The notes beneath the pieces are model-generated. The model searched no databases. It was not told the DNA's origin and saw only the letters and a list, made by a program, of their open reading frames with translations. Of a stretch of DNA of 39,389 nt, positions 21,371 to 34,049 are shown piece after piece (position 1 is the first letter of the stretch; each line of letters starts with the position of its first letter). Source of the DNA: Anaeromyces robustus (taxonomy: Eukaryota); assembly GCA_002104895.1 (NCBI GenBank), contig MCFG01000056.1:186001-225389 (forward strand), read 5' to 3'. A program made the translations under genes and the position numbers.

Positions 21371-22347
21371 CTTGTTTTCTTTTTTTTTTTTTTTTTACTT
21401 TTTCTTTTTACTTTTTTCTTTACTAAAATATTAATATAATAGATACATTTTATATATATATATTAAATATAAATAAATAAACTTGGTTATTGAAAGAATA
21501 TTAAAAAATAATTATTAATAATATAACAAAATATGGTCTGATAATAAACAAAAATAATAATCTTTATCATTATTATTTTTATTATCAAAAATTATTGATT
21601 TATCATTTTCTTCTTTTATATATATATATATATATATATTTAATTTGTTGTTTTATATATATATATATATTTAATTGATGGTATCATGATTATTTATAAT
21701 TATTATTATTGTTGATATATAATTTATATATAATGTATTTATAATTTAAATGAAAATTAATTATGTTTCGTTAAATATGTTTTTGTTTTTGTTTTTGTTT
21801 TTGTTTTTTTTTTGGTAATTATAATATTAAAATATTAATCTTTTTTTTTCTCTCTCTTTTTTTTTTTTTCTGGTCAAACTTATTAATCTGTATTATTCCA
21901 TTATTCATTATGTCTTCCCTTAAGAAAAGAAAAGAAAAAAAAAAGTACTAAAAAAAAAAAGTTTTTACGATAATATATAAGGTAAACTATTATATAATAA
22001 TTTTAACATTGATAAAAATAAATACGGTACTTATGAAATAATTATATATATATAAATAAAAATACAAATAATAAATGATTAATGAATAAATAAATATATA
22101 TTAAATATTTTTTTTTATTATTTTACTAGTTTTGTTTTGCTTTGTTTTGCTTTGTGTATGCTTTTATGTATGTTATTTGTGTATGTTTATTTGCTTTGGT
22201 CTTTGATATTTTTTTTTATAATTATGTATTATCATTATTATATATGTTTATATAATAAATATTTAATTTAATTTTTTTTTTTTTTTTTTTTTTATTTTAT
22301 TTTATATATATATAAATTATTTTGTCAATTTTTGTTTTTTAATGGCT

Positions 22348-22394
<47 letters not shown>

Positions 22395-22468
22395 CAACGT
22401 GTGTATATATATAAATAGTATAATGCGTTTTTAACGTTTTTAATTTTTTTTTATTTTTTTTTTTTTTT

Positions 22469-25400
22469 CTAATTTTCAAAATGAGATTTCTCTGGATATA
22501 AATTATTCATAAATTCATATATATCATTATAATAATATTTTTCATCAACTTGAAGTTTAATTGAATAAAATAATACAGATGAATCTTCAATACTCTTTAA
22601 ATTATTAAGATTCTTTTTAGTTCCTTTATTTAATGATATAGATTTAATAGTATTACTACGAACACTTGGAGATACAATATCATAAGAATAAAAATCAATA
22701 GTACGATTAGTATTTAATTTAACATTATTATAATTCCAAGCTGTACCATCACCACTTAATATTTCTGGGAAGAATGGATTAGCAGCACCATAAATATTAA
22801 AGAACATTAAAGCATAATTTGGTATAATATCTAAAGCATTAATAAATTTATGTTTAATGGTTTCTTCAACATATTCTCTATAAATCATACGAGCAGGTTC
22901 AAATAAATCTCTATACCATGTTAATGGAGCTCTTTCAATATAACGAATTCCAACGGATTCACCAAATACTTCCTTTATAATACCATTAGTATAATAAAGT
23001 GAACTTTGGAATTTTTGATAATTCTTTAATTTTTTCTTTTCAGAAATACTTAATGCTTTATCTTTATCATGAGGAACTTTACGATTATTAACAAAATATT
23101 TTGGTCCAAAATCTTTACTAAAGAAGAAACGTGGATGAGTATATTCTTTAAAGTAATGATTATTATTAAAATAGACAAATCGTTCAGAAATTCCAGGTAT
23201 TTTATCTAAATACATTTCTAAAACAAATATATTAAAAGTAGGTACAGCTTCAGATGGAATTATATCTTTTTCATTAATAATTTTTATACGTTTATTAGAA
23301 GTATTTAACCAATTTGGTACTTGACCTGGTGTAACAATATAAATATTTCCTTGATGCCATGGAAGATATTTTTCTATAGAACGTAAAGAATATTGTAATT
23401 CATCATACTTTTTAATATTTTTATTTTTATTTAACTTTTCATCAATATAATCCTTTCTTAAATTAATATAATCTGGATCAGTATCATTAACCCAAATATA
23501 AACAAATGAAATATCTTTAGCCCATTGCCATTCTTTATCTAATTCTTCACCTTTATAATTTAAAAGGAAATCAATTTCTTCCTTTTCACGATCACTATAT
23601 TGATCAATTGATTTTAAATTTGAACCAGATTTAGAATCTGAAGAAGAAATAATCGTTGAATTTGAATTTAAATAATTTTCAATAATTTTAGAATTATCAT
23701 CATTGTTATCCTTAGTATCATTAGTATTATTATTATTATTATTATTATTAATATCATCATTATTATTATTATCATTTACAATTTCACCATTTTCATTTGT
23801 ATTTTGTAAAGCACTATCTCCAACAATTTTAGCATCAACATCAATATTTTGACTAGCTGCTAAAGCTTCTTCTTGTTCAAGATATTCCTTTTTTTCAAAA
23901 CTAGAAGGTTTTGGATATTGATTTTTCATAAAGTTTACAAGTTGATAAAGAGCTTCTTTCTTTTGATAATCATCATTTAAATTAAACATAATTATATCAG
24001 AATTTAAAATTCTGTCAAATAATTTTTGATTTCTTTCAATATTATTAAGAATAGATCCAAATTTAAGTACTTTACGACGAATTTCTTGTGGAACAATTTG
24101 ATAAGAATAATCAGTAATAGTACGATTACTATTAAGTTCTAAAGGTGCCATATTTTTAGCTTTACCTAAACCACCAACATTCTTTGGGAAATCTTTTGCT
24201 TCAGTAGCATATCGAATAAAAGCTTGTATAGCATAAGTTGGAATTAAATCTAATGGATGTCTAAATTTATGTAATAAAGTTTCTTGAACTTGTTTTTCAT
24301 ATACTTTACGAGCAGGTTCATATAAATCTCTATACCAACTATAAGGAGAATGATCTAACCAACTAATACTAGCTTTTCTACCAAAAGCTTGTTTTACAGC
24401 ATCATTTGTATTATAAACTGATCCACGGAATTTACGAATCATATGAGCTTTTTTCATTTTAGCAATGGCTTCAGCTGATTCACGAGTAGAACGTACTTTA
24501 TTATTAGATTGATAGAATCTTGGATAGAATGTTTTTGGAGTAAAGAAGAAAGAAGGATGTACATAATTATTAAAGAAATAATCATCATTTAAATGAACAA
24601 AACGTTCACTAAGACCTGGAATCTTATCTAAATAAAGTTCAATAACAAAAGAATTAAATGTTGGTGCTACATGTGGTGGTAAAAGATCATCTTGATTAAT
24701 AACTTTAATTCTTGGATTATTCGTATCAATAAAATCTGGAATTTGATTTGGAGATACAATAAAAATCATACCTCGATGCCATGGAAGATATTTTTCAAGA
24801 GAACGAAGTGAATAACGTAATTCACCTACTGAACGATCTCTATTATTAACTTTACGATTACCACCATTATATTTAGCTTTTAAATCTAAATGATTATAAT
24901 CAGATCCATTAATCCAAGTATAAACAAAAGACATATCTTTAGCCCATTCCCATTCTGGTTCTAATTCACCACCATTATAATTTAATAAAACATCTAAATC
25001 ATGATTTATTTCTGTATTTATTTTTGTATCTTTATTATTATTTTTATTATTATCTTGTTTATTGTCTTGTTTATTATCTTTATTCTTATTCTTATCCATA
25101 TCATTTTCCTTATTCTTATCCTTATCCATATTCTTATCCATACCCTTATCCATATCATTATCTTTATCTTTATCCTTTTGTTGTTCTTTACCATCTTTTT
25201 CATCATTTCCAATATCATTTAATTCAACAATATTTTCAACAATATTTTTATCTTGTTCTATTTCTCCATTAACAAGTCCATCTTGTTCTCCATTCATTAA
25301 ATTCATGGAATCAATAACATCCATAACATCATTTGCATTATCAAGTGTATCATCATCTACATTATTCTTTTTATTTTCAGCTTTTTGATTTTCCTCAAGT

Positions 25401-28400
25401 TCAATTTTTAATACTTCATCACCATCATCTATATTTTGTGGATTTTCGTCATTGTCATCATCATTATCCTTATCATTACCATTACCATTAGTATTAGTAT
25501 TAGCATTATTATCATCATTAGTTAAATTTTCATTTGTACTTCTTGTAATTTTCCCATTAAAACCATTACTTAATCGTTGTTTAATATCATCTTCAGAAGT
25601 TCAAAAGTACTTGGGAATGGATACATGAAAACCATAAAATTAACTAAATTTTGTCCTGCTTTTTTCAGATTTTAATCATCATTAAGATTATAAAAGAACT
25701 GTTGAATTACGAATATCATTATATAATTTTTCATTTCTTTCCAAATTTTCAAATACTGAACCAAATTTAATAGTTTTTTGAACGAACATTTGGTGATACA
25801 ATATAAGAAAAATAATTTTGAATGGTACGATCTTTATTTAATTGAACTGGTGCAAGTTCTCTACCAGTTACCATCACCACCAACAAATATTCTGGATAAT
25901 TTGGAACAGCAGCACCATACATGACATAAGCTTGGAAACCATAGGTTGGTATAAGATCTAAAGGATCTCTAAAACGATGTGTTAAACTATCTTTAATATA
26001 TTTACTGAAAAGTTGACGTGCAGGTTCAAAAAGATCACGATACCATGAATAAGGGGAATGATCTAACCAACGAAGATTAATTGAATTACCAAAAGCTTCT
26101 TTAATAATACCATTGGTATAAAATACAGCACTTTGGAATTTCTTAATCATAGAAAGTTGATCCTTAGTTTCATTCATTTCTAAAGCTTTTTTCATACTAA
26201 ATGGTACTTTTTTACCTAAATAAAATTTTGGAGCAAATGTCTTATCCGCAAAGAAGAAACGTGGGTGAGTATAAGTTCTAAAGAAAATAAATCATCATTT
26301 AAATAAACAAATCGTTCCGTAAATACCAGGTATTTTATCTAAATACATTTCATTAAAAAATGAATTAAAAGTAGGAAGAGCTTCTTTGGGAATAATATCA
26401 TCTTGATCAATAACTTTAATTCTTGGATTATCTGTATCTAACCATAAAGGAACTTGATTTGGAGTAACAATATAAATAGTTCCTTTATGCCATGGAAGAT
26501 AATTTTCAAATGAACGAAGAGAATAACGTAATTCATCCATAGAACGATCTCTATTATCTGCCTTCTTTTGACCACCATTATATTTAGATTTTAAGTCTAA
26601 ATGATAAGGATCAGAACCATTAACCCATGAATAAACAAAAGACATTTCTTCTGCCCATTTCCATTCTGGTTCTAAAGGTTCACCTTTATAACTTAATAAA
26701 AAGTCAATTTCAGCTTGTTCTCTTGGACTTGTATCATCTGGTTCATCCTTTTTATCCTCTTTTTTACCATCTTTTTTACCATCCTTTTTATCCTCTTTTA
26801 TCCTCCTTTTTTGGTGGTTTTACATCAATAACAGCATCTGAAATTTCAAAAAGATGATACTTCTGGATATTGTTTTCTCATGAAATTTAAAAGTTGACGA
26901 CCAGCTTCTTTCAGATCTATAATCATCATTTTAAATTATACATTAAAATTTTTGGAATTGTAATTTCATTGAAAAACTTTTCATTTCTAGTAATATTATT
27001 AATATACTGATCCAAAACGAATAACTTCTTTACGCACTTCTTGTGGTACAATTTCACAAGAAAAATCGGTAATAGTACTATTTTGGAAAGTTTAATAGGA
27101 GCAGTAAAACGAGCTAAACCATTACCACCAACTTCTTTTGGATATTTAACATCTTTTGTTGCATAATAAGTATAAAAATTCAAGAGCATATGAGGTACTA
27201 AATCTAAAGGATGTCTAAACTTATGAGAAATGGTATCTTGAACTTGAGTTTTAAAAAGTTGACGAGCTGGTTCGAAAAGATCACGATAACCAATATAGGG
27301 TGAATGATCTAACCATTTTAATTTATTTTTATCACCAAAACCATCACGAATAGCTTGATTTGTACTAAAAACAGCACCTTGGAACTTTTTAATCATACCA
27401 GCATTATCCATTTTTAGAAATTTCAATAGCACGATTACGACCTCCACAATACTTTTATTAGTTTGATAAAAATTTTGGATAAAATGTTTTTGAAGTAAAA
27501 AAGAAAGATGGGTGAGTATAAGATTTAAAGAAATAATCATCATTTAATTGAATAAAACGTTCAGTAAGACCAGGAATTTTATCTAAAAAAAGTTCAATAG
27601 TAAAAGTATTAAATGTTGGTGCAACATTTGGTGGTAAAAGATCATCTTGATTAATAATCTTTACTCTTGTATTTGGTTTTAACCATGATGGTACTTGATT
27701 TGGACTAACAATAAAAATATTACCTTTATGCCATGGTAAATATTTTTCTAATGAACGAAGTGAATAACGTAATTCATCCACTGAACGGTCTCTATTATCA
27801 ATATTTCTATTACCACCATTATATTTTGATTTAAGATCTAAATGATTCAAATCTGAACCATTAACCCAAGTATATACAATAGAAATATCTTCAATCCATT
27901 TCCATTCTGGTTCTAATGGACCACCACGATATTTTTTCATTTCTCTAATTTCTTTTACAAATTTTTCATCTAATTTCTTTCCATCTTGAATAATTTCTAA
28001 ATATTCATCTTCATCTTCAATCTTTGGTTCCGGCTCTTTTGCTTTCATTATTGGTATTTCCTTAAATTCATTTTCATCTTTTACATTATTTTCATCTTTT
28101 ACATCATTTTCATTATTTTCATTATTTTCATTATTATTATCATTTTCATTTTCAACTAAATTTTCATTATTATCGTCATTTTTCTTTGCATCATCAACTA
28201 TGATTGGTGCTTCTTTTTCTTCATCATTTTTATTTTCAATAAAATCAAGATTATTTTCATTATTGTTCAAATTGGAATCTTCAATATTCTTTTCTTTTGT
28301 CGAATCAGAGAAATTATGTTCTTTTTCCAATTCCATTTGTTTTACACCACGCCTTAGATCATACATAAGGAATATGAAAAACGATATTCCTACAAATAAA

Positions 28401-28426
28401 AATATAAGTCTAACCTTAAATCTCAT
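22469..28426 (-). CDS. Four-module Stealth-family (CpsY/GNPTAB/Xpt1-like) hexose-1-phosphate transferase, type II membrane protein, about 1,985 aa; frameshifted as assembled between ~25590 and ~27480
   Basis: N-terminal anchor MRFKVRLIFLFVGISFFIFLM. Four copies of CR1 (VYTWVNGSD), CR2 (ELRYSLRS..KYLPW...PTFN...IPGLSERF..LNDDYFF), CR3 (WLDHSPY...HKFRHP) and CR4 (NLNDD). ORF-track pieces 27458-28426, 26926-27543, 26295-26645, 25767-26195 and 22469-25324 join through 1-nt shifts with coding-like linkers (EDKKDGKKDG..., SEDDIKQRLSNG...DNANDV-MDVID). No intergenic DNA or intron is visible between pieces. Confidence 0.85.
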
Positions 28427-28923
28427 TTTGTAAATAACATATAAAACAAAAAAGATTTATTGAATTATTGAATTATTTTTTATTTAAATTATATATTTGA
28501 TTGATAAGTATAAATAATAAATTATTATGTTTTTATTAATATAATAATTGATTTTATTATTATTATTATTATTATTTATATTCCCTTTCTTATAAAAGTA
28601 TTAATAATATTATAATAAAAATTTATTAAATGTTATTATTAATTTTAATACTGATAATATAATCCAAACAATAAATCTAAACCCCAAACAGCATTTAATT
28701 CTTATTTCTTAGTTTCTAAAATTTATTATCATCAAAAGAAAAGAAAAAAAAAGAAAGAAAGCAAAAATCTTTAAAACATAAATATTTGCTTTTTATTTTT
28801 TCCTTTTTTTTACTTATTTACTTATTTAAATATTATTATTGATTATTCTAAAATATAAAAATTTAAAAAAATAAAATAAAATTAGTTTAATATTTGTACA
28901 TTTTTTTATATTTATTTTAAAAC

Positions 28924-28954
<31 letters not shown>

Positions 28955-29716
28955 CATTTTAATGATCTATTACAATCATTATCATTATTAAATAAAAATA
29001 ATTCTCAATAACAAAAAATATTAAAATATTAAATATTAAATAAAAAACATATTTTACCTTAAATAATATAATTAAAATAATAAAATATTTCTTTTTTAAA
29101 AAAAAAAAAAAAAATCAATAATTAATAATTGAGAAACATAAATTAATATTAAATATAGTTCAATAATAAAATCTTAATTGTTAAAGTATTGATATTAAAA
29201 GATTTTTGATTTAAATTTTATATGATGTTTTTTTTTTTCTTCAATTTTTATAATTCGATTAAAATTTTTGATTTTATAAAAAATTATATTACTTTTTTAA
29301 AATTATCAATTTGCTTTTATTTATTTTAAATAATTCCATTAATTATATATTATATATATCTTTTTTTTTAACTTTTTACTTTTGTTTAATTTTAATTTCA
29401 ACTTTTTGATTTTTTAAAAATAAATATTTTCATTTATATTTAATCGATATATATATATAGATATATATATAATGATCTAGTTATTATTATTATTAAAAAG
29501 GAAGAAAATAAAAAAATTGGTATTTTATTTTGTTAAAAGTTTAAAAGTAATAAAAAAAAAAAAAAAAAAAAAAAAAGTTAATATATGGGAAATGATACAA
29601 TATTATATATAATCATAATTAAATATATAAATAAACAAGAATATATTGGAATATACTTTATTGATAAAAAACTTTTATTATTACATTTAATAATATTGAC
29701 ATATCCAAGAAATGAA

Positions 29717-29752
<36 letters not shown>

Positions 29753-29946
29753 AAAAAAAAATTTAATTAAATAATATATTAATAATTTAATGATAATATA
29801 TAATGATTTAAATGATATTATATAATTCTTTATAATGTATTATACAATTTTATTTATAACTTTATTATTTATTAAACAGTATTAGATATAAAATTAAATT
29901 ATAATAAAAAAACTATTGATTTAATAATATTAAATAAGTTACATCA

Positions 29947-30104
<158 letters not shown>

Positions 30105-31387
30105 GAATTGAAATTTAAATATTATTCAAATTAGTTTTATATAATTTTACACAATATATATTAATAATATATTGTGTATATTTATAATATATACTAATAA
30201 TATATAAATATATTGAATATTAATTAATAAATAAATACAGAATATTAAAACATATAATTAAAAAAAAAAAAAAAAAAAAAAAACTAATTTTATTTTGTAT
30301 ATTAATAATTAAATATGTATTAATAGATATTAATATATATAAAGCTATATTAATATTAATATTAATATAAAATATTATCAATTTAACATTTATTATTAAT
30401 AATTATAAATATTTACTTAATGATAAATATATAATGATGAGACATGAAACCTTTTTTTTTGTTTGTTTGTTATGTAAAGAGTTTTTTTTTTTATTTTTTT
30501 TTTATGTGTAGTTTTTATTATTATTTATATTTATTATTTTTATATTATTCATTCATTATTATTTTTTTATATTTATTCTTTGTATTGTATTTATTTAAAG
30601 ATAGTTTAAAGCAATTTTTCAAAATTTTATTAAATAATAAGTTAAGTTTATTAATACAATTAATCCTATTAATGGTAAAAACTTAAATATTTAATAAATT
30701 AATAAAAGTTTTTCTTAAATATAATTAACTTCATACTTTTTAAATAAATAAAGTTCTTTATTTCGATTTTAAAAATAAAAAAAAAAAATATTCATTTTGA
30801 TTTAAATGAATAATTGACTTCATACTTTTTAGATAAATAAATATTAGATGATTAACTAACAAATAATTATATATAATTATTATAATTATTATACTTAAAA
30901 TAAAAAATATTTTAATCATCAATAAAGATTTATTAATCATTGTAAATATATTTTTATAAATATTTTTATAAATATATTATTATTAATCTTTATGTTTAAA
31001 ATAATATTTAAATAATAATGAAATAATAATTAATAATATTTAATTATAATTAAAATCAATTTTAAAACTTTAAAATTGTTTAATGAGAGAGGCAATGTAT
31101 ATAAAATAATAATCAAATCAACTAATAATAAAAAAAAAAAATTTTTTTCTGTTTTTTATTCATTTATTTACTTATTTATTTATTTACTTGTTTATTTACT
31201 TGTTTATTTATTTATTCATTTATTTAGATAAAAAAGAAGATTTTTAGCCACAAATTTATACATAAATTATTTTAAAATTAAAATTTATAAAATTTATAAA
31301 ATTTAAAATTTATATTAAAATTTAATTTATAATCTATAAATATTGTTTTATTTATCCATTTATATCATTTACTTATTAATTTATCCA

Positions 31388-31388
31388 T

Positions 31389-31419
<31 letters not shown>

Positions 31420-31524
31420 TTAATTTATTTATTTATTTATTTATTAATTTATTTATTTATTTATTTATTAATTTATTTATTCATTTATTTATTTATTTAT
31501 TTATTAATTTATTTATTTATTAAT

Positions 31525-31563
<39 letters not shown>

Positions 31564-31565
31564 TT
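31388..31565. repeat. Interrupted (TTTA)n microsatellite
   Basis: Seen directly. Confidence 0.9.
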
Positions 31566-32113
31566 AATTAAATAATTAATTAATTAATTAAATTTAATCT
31601 TTTTTTTTTTTTTAGATTTGATTTAATAAATGATTAAATTTCATTGTTCAATCGTTAATTAAAAAGTTTAAATAAGTAAATAAATAAAAAGAAAAAAGAT
31701 TATAAATTAAATGTAGCAAATGTAGCAGTAAATAGTATTACAAACCATAAATATTCTATTCAACCTAAAATAAACCAATATAAACCAATATAAACCAAAT
31801 AAACCAAATAAATCATAATAATTATCATGGTTGCACAAAAGACTTAAAAATATTTTATTATTTTTATTTCGATTTATTATTATAAAAAAAATTTTTTTTT
31901 AAAAAAAAAAAAAACTTTTTCAAATTATAATTAATATATTATATTTATTTAAAAAATTCTTTAAAAGTCTAATATATCATGAATCAAGAATATTTTGTAG
32001 TTTTGTAGTTCTTCAATAGAACTTCCCAATAAATATAAATTCAAGGGGAAAAAATCTTCAATATTTTAAAAGTTATGGTTATTTTTCTTCGTATTTATTT
32101 TTTTAATTTATTA

Positions 32114-32355
32114 AGGGTTAGATTTTTAAGTTGATCTATATTTATTTGGGGGTTTCCCATTTTCACCAGGTCACGTTTTTTTTGTGGCTAAACAAAATAT
32201 GTATACATTATTTATTATTTATTATTTATTATTTATTATTATATATTATTTATTATTTACATTTTTAATATGGCGTATTTTTTAAGAAGTGTAAATTTTT
32301 GTATATTAAGTTGGTGAAATGAGTCACCTCCATTTATTTTAATAGTCCAAACCCT
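32114..32355. mobile_element. Possible Tourist/PIF-Harbinger-like MITE (242 bp)
   Basis: TTA|AGGGTT...AACCCT|TTA (3-bp TTA on both sides). Degenerate subterminal inverted match TGGGGGTTTCCCATTTTCACCA versus TGGTGAAATGAGTCACCTCCA. Confidence 0.45.
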
Positions 32356-32569
32356 TTAAATTTTTATGATTTAAATAAATTATTCTTTAATAATCAATAA
32401 TCTTTTTTTTTTTAAATTTTAAATGATTTTATCAATAATAAAATATTTAATTTTAATTTGAAATTCACTAATATTCCTAATAATATTCTTTATTATTCTT
32501 AATATTTGCCAAAAAAAAAAACAGGCAATATAATTAAAAATAATTTAAAATTTTCATTTCCTCATTTCA

Positions 32570-33090
32570 TGATACAAGATAAACTTATATCTAATTATTT
32601 TATTTAAAGACAAGACAGCAGGGAAATATTAACAAAACAATATATTCTAATATAACACAATTTATAATAATTATTTCATGTTTAATATAATAGTTTATTT
32701 ATTTATTATTATTTATTATTACATTTTATTATAATTATAATTGAATTTATCTAACTAATATTAATATCTAAACTAAACTTTATTATATAAACACTATTCC
32801 TTATTAATCTATATATTAACCTAGGAAATTCTCAAATAAAATATTAGATTATTAAACTAAATATTAATTAAACCATTATAAAAATCTCTAAACTATATTA
32901 TAAAAACTCACTTGGGATTAACTTTCTCTCCATAGAAAGATCAAATATTAAAAATATAATAATAATAATTTCTTTTATATGTATTATTTAGTTATTTAGC
33001 CAATCAGAATTATTTATTTTTTCTTCTTAATACATGTTCAATCACCTGGTAGTAATAATATAAATCTCTATTTATATTGAGTCTGTATCA
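32570..33090 (-). repeat. LTR A (521 bp, TGATACA...TGTATCA), 3' LTR of copy 1
   Basis: Direct repeat of 34698-35218 and 35689-36209. I see two substitutions relative to those copies (atatatt/atgtatt; attagatt/attaaatt). Confidence 0.92.
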
Positions 33091-33410
33091 AGATGCCGCC
33101 GCTTAAGATATGACTTCGTCCCTTGAAGTCATCAATAAAAGTAGAAGTTTTTATTCCATAATAATTATTTATTATAATTATTTTGTATATATTTTTATAA
33201 TAATTATTTTCAATAGATATTATTATTAGATTAATATATATATATATATATATTTTTATTTCTTCATCTTTTGTTCTTTTTGTAGCATCATCCAGTCTCT
33301 TGATTTTTATTCCTTTTTCTTATTTATAAATCTTCAGCACCTCCGGGATCTTATTTCTTCTTTTATACGTTATAATTCTGATTATTATTATAATTTATTA
33401 TTATTATTAT

Positions 33411-34011
33411 TGTAATGATAGAGTGAAGTTTATTAGCAATAGGCCCGCAAGCTTGAGTAACTCGAAATAATGGACAACACGAGGGATCTAAGAAAGATAA
33501 AAGACACAGTTAATTAAAAATATGTTTTATAATAAAATGTTTTATTAATTTTTATTAAATTTAAAATATAATAATTTATTAATTAGTTAGTGTAATATTT
33601 CGAATTACTTATTTAACTAGTTAATAAAAACGCGAAGAAAAAATATTTCTTTTGTCGAAATTTTACACGTATTTATACTTTTTACGGAAAAATAGTTTTC
33701 GTTTGTAAAAAGTATTAAAAGTTCTAGAAACTTAGATTTTTTGATTTAAAATGAATCTCGGATAAATAAAATTTAAAATAAAAAGAAAAACTAGAATCTT
33801 TTAGAATTTAATCGATAAGATTTTATCGATTAAATTCGAGTAATTTCTACAACAAGGAAAAGTGTAGAAAATTTTGATAATAAATTTTTAAAATAAAATT
33901 TTTCCAAAATTGGAAAGAGTGAGAGTCGAACCCGAGAGGTTCGGCCTGATGGCTCTAGTGTCTGACCACTAGACCATGATTACTATTTTACTAATTCTGA
34001 GTTTCGTTACA
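33411..34011. mobile_element. Solo LTR X (601 bp) nested in copy 1
   Basis: TGTAATGA...TCGTTACA termini. ATTAT on both sides (inside an ATT tract, so a weak TSD). Absent from the same position in copy 2. Confidence 0.8.
33911..33983 (-). promoter_or_regulatory. tRNA-derived type-2 Pol III promoter (A box and B box) inside LTR X
   Basis: A box TGGTCTAGTGG (33976-33966) with intact D-stem GTCT/AGAC. B box GGTTCGACTC starts at 33932, 44 nt later, which is tRNA spacing. TTTT follows at 33909-33906. Confidence 0.7.
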
Positions 34012-34049
34012 ATTATTATTATTATTATTATTATTATTATAAATATATA

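Noticed and set aside
25590..27480. Programmed frameshifting or introns as the cause of the Stealth breaks
   Set aside because: Too many shifts in both directions, and the protein is colinear with module 3, leaving no room for introns.
25001..28433. Plus-strand and off-frame ORFs over the Stealth gene
   Set aside because: Shadows of repetitive linker codons.
31770..31810. Tandem AAACCAAT repeats as CCAAT boxes
   Set aside because: No gene start nearby; a simple slippage repeat explains it.
32570..33090. The 521-bp unit as a MITE because of its TGATACA inverted ends
   Set aside because: Paired direct copies flank a PBS/PPT internal region and the TSD surrounds the pair, so it is an LTR.
33911..33983. 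A functional tRNA gene (CAT in the anticodon position)
   Set aside because: Only the D arm and boxes are intact; acceptor and anticodon stems do not pair.
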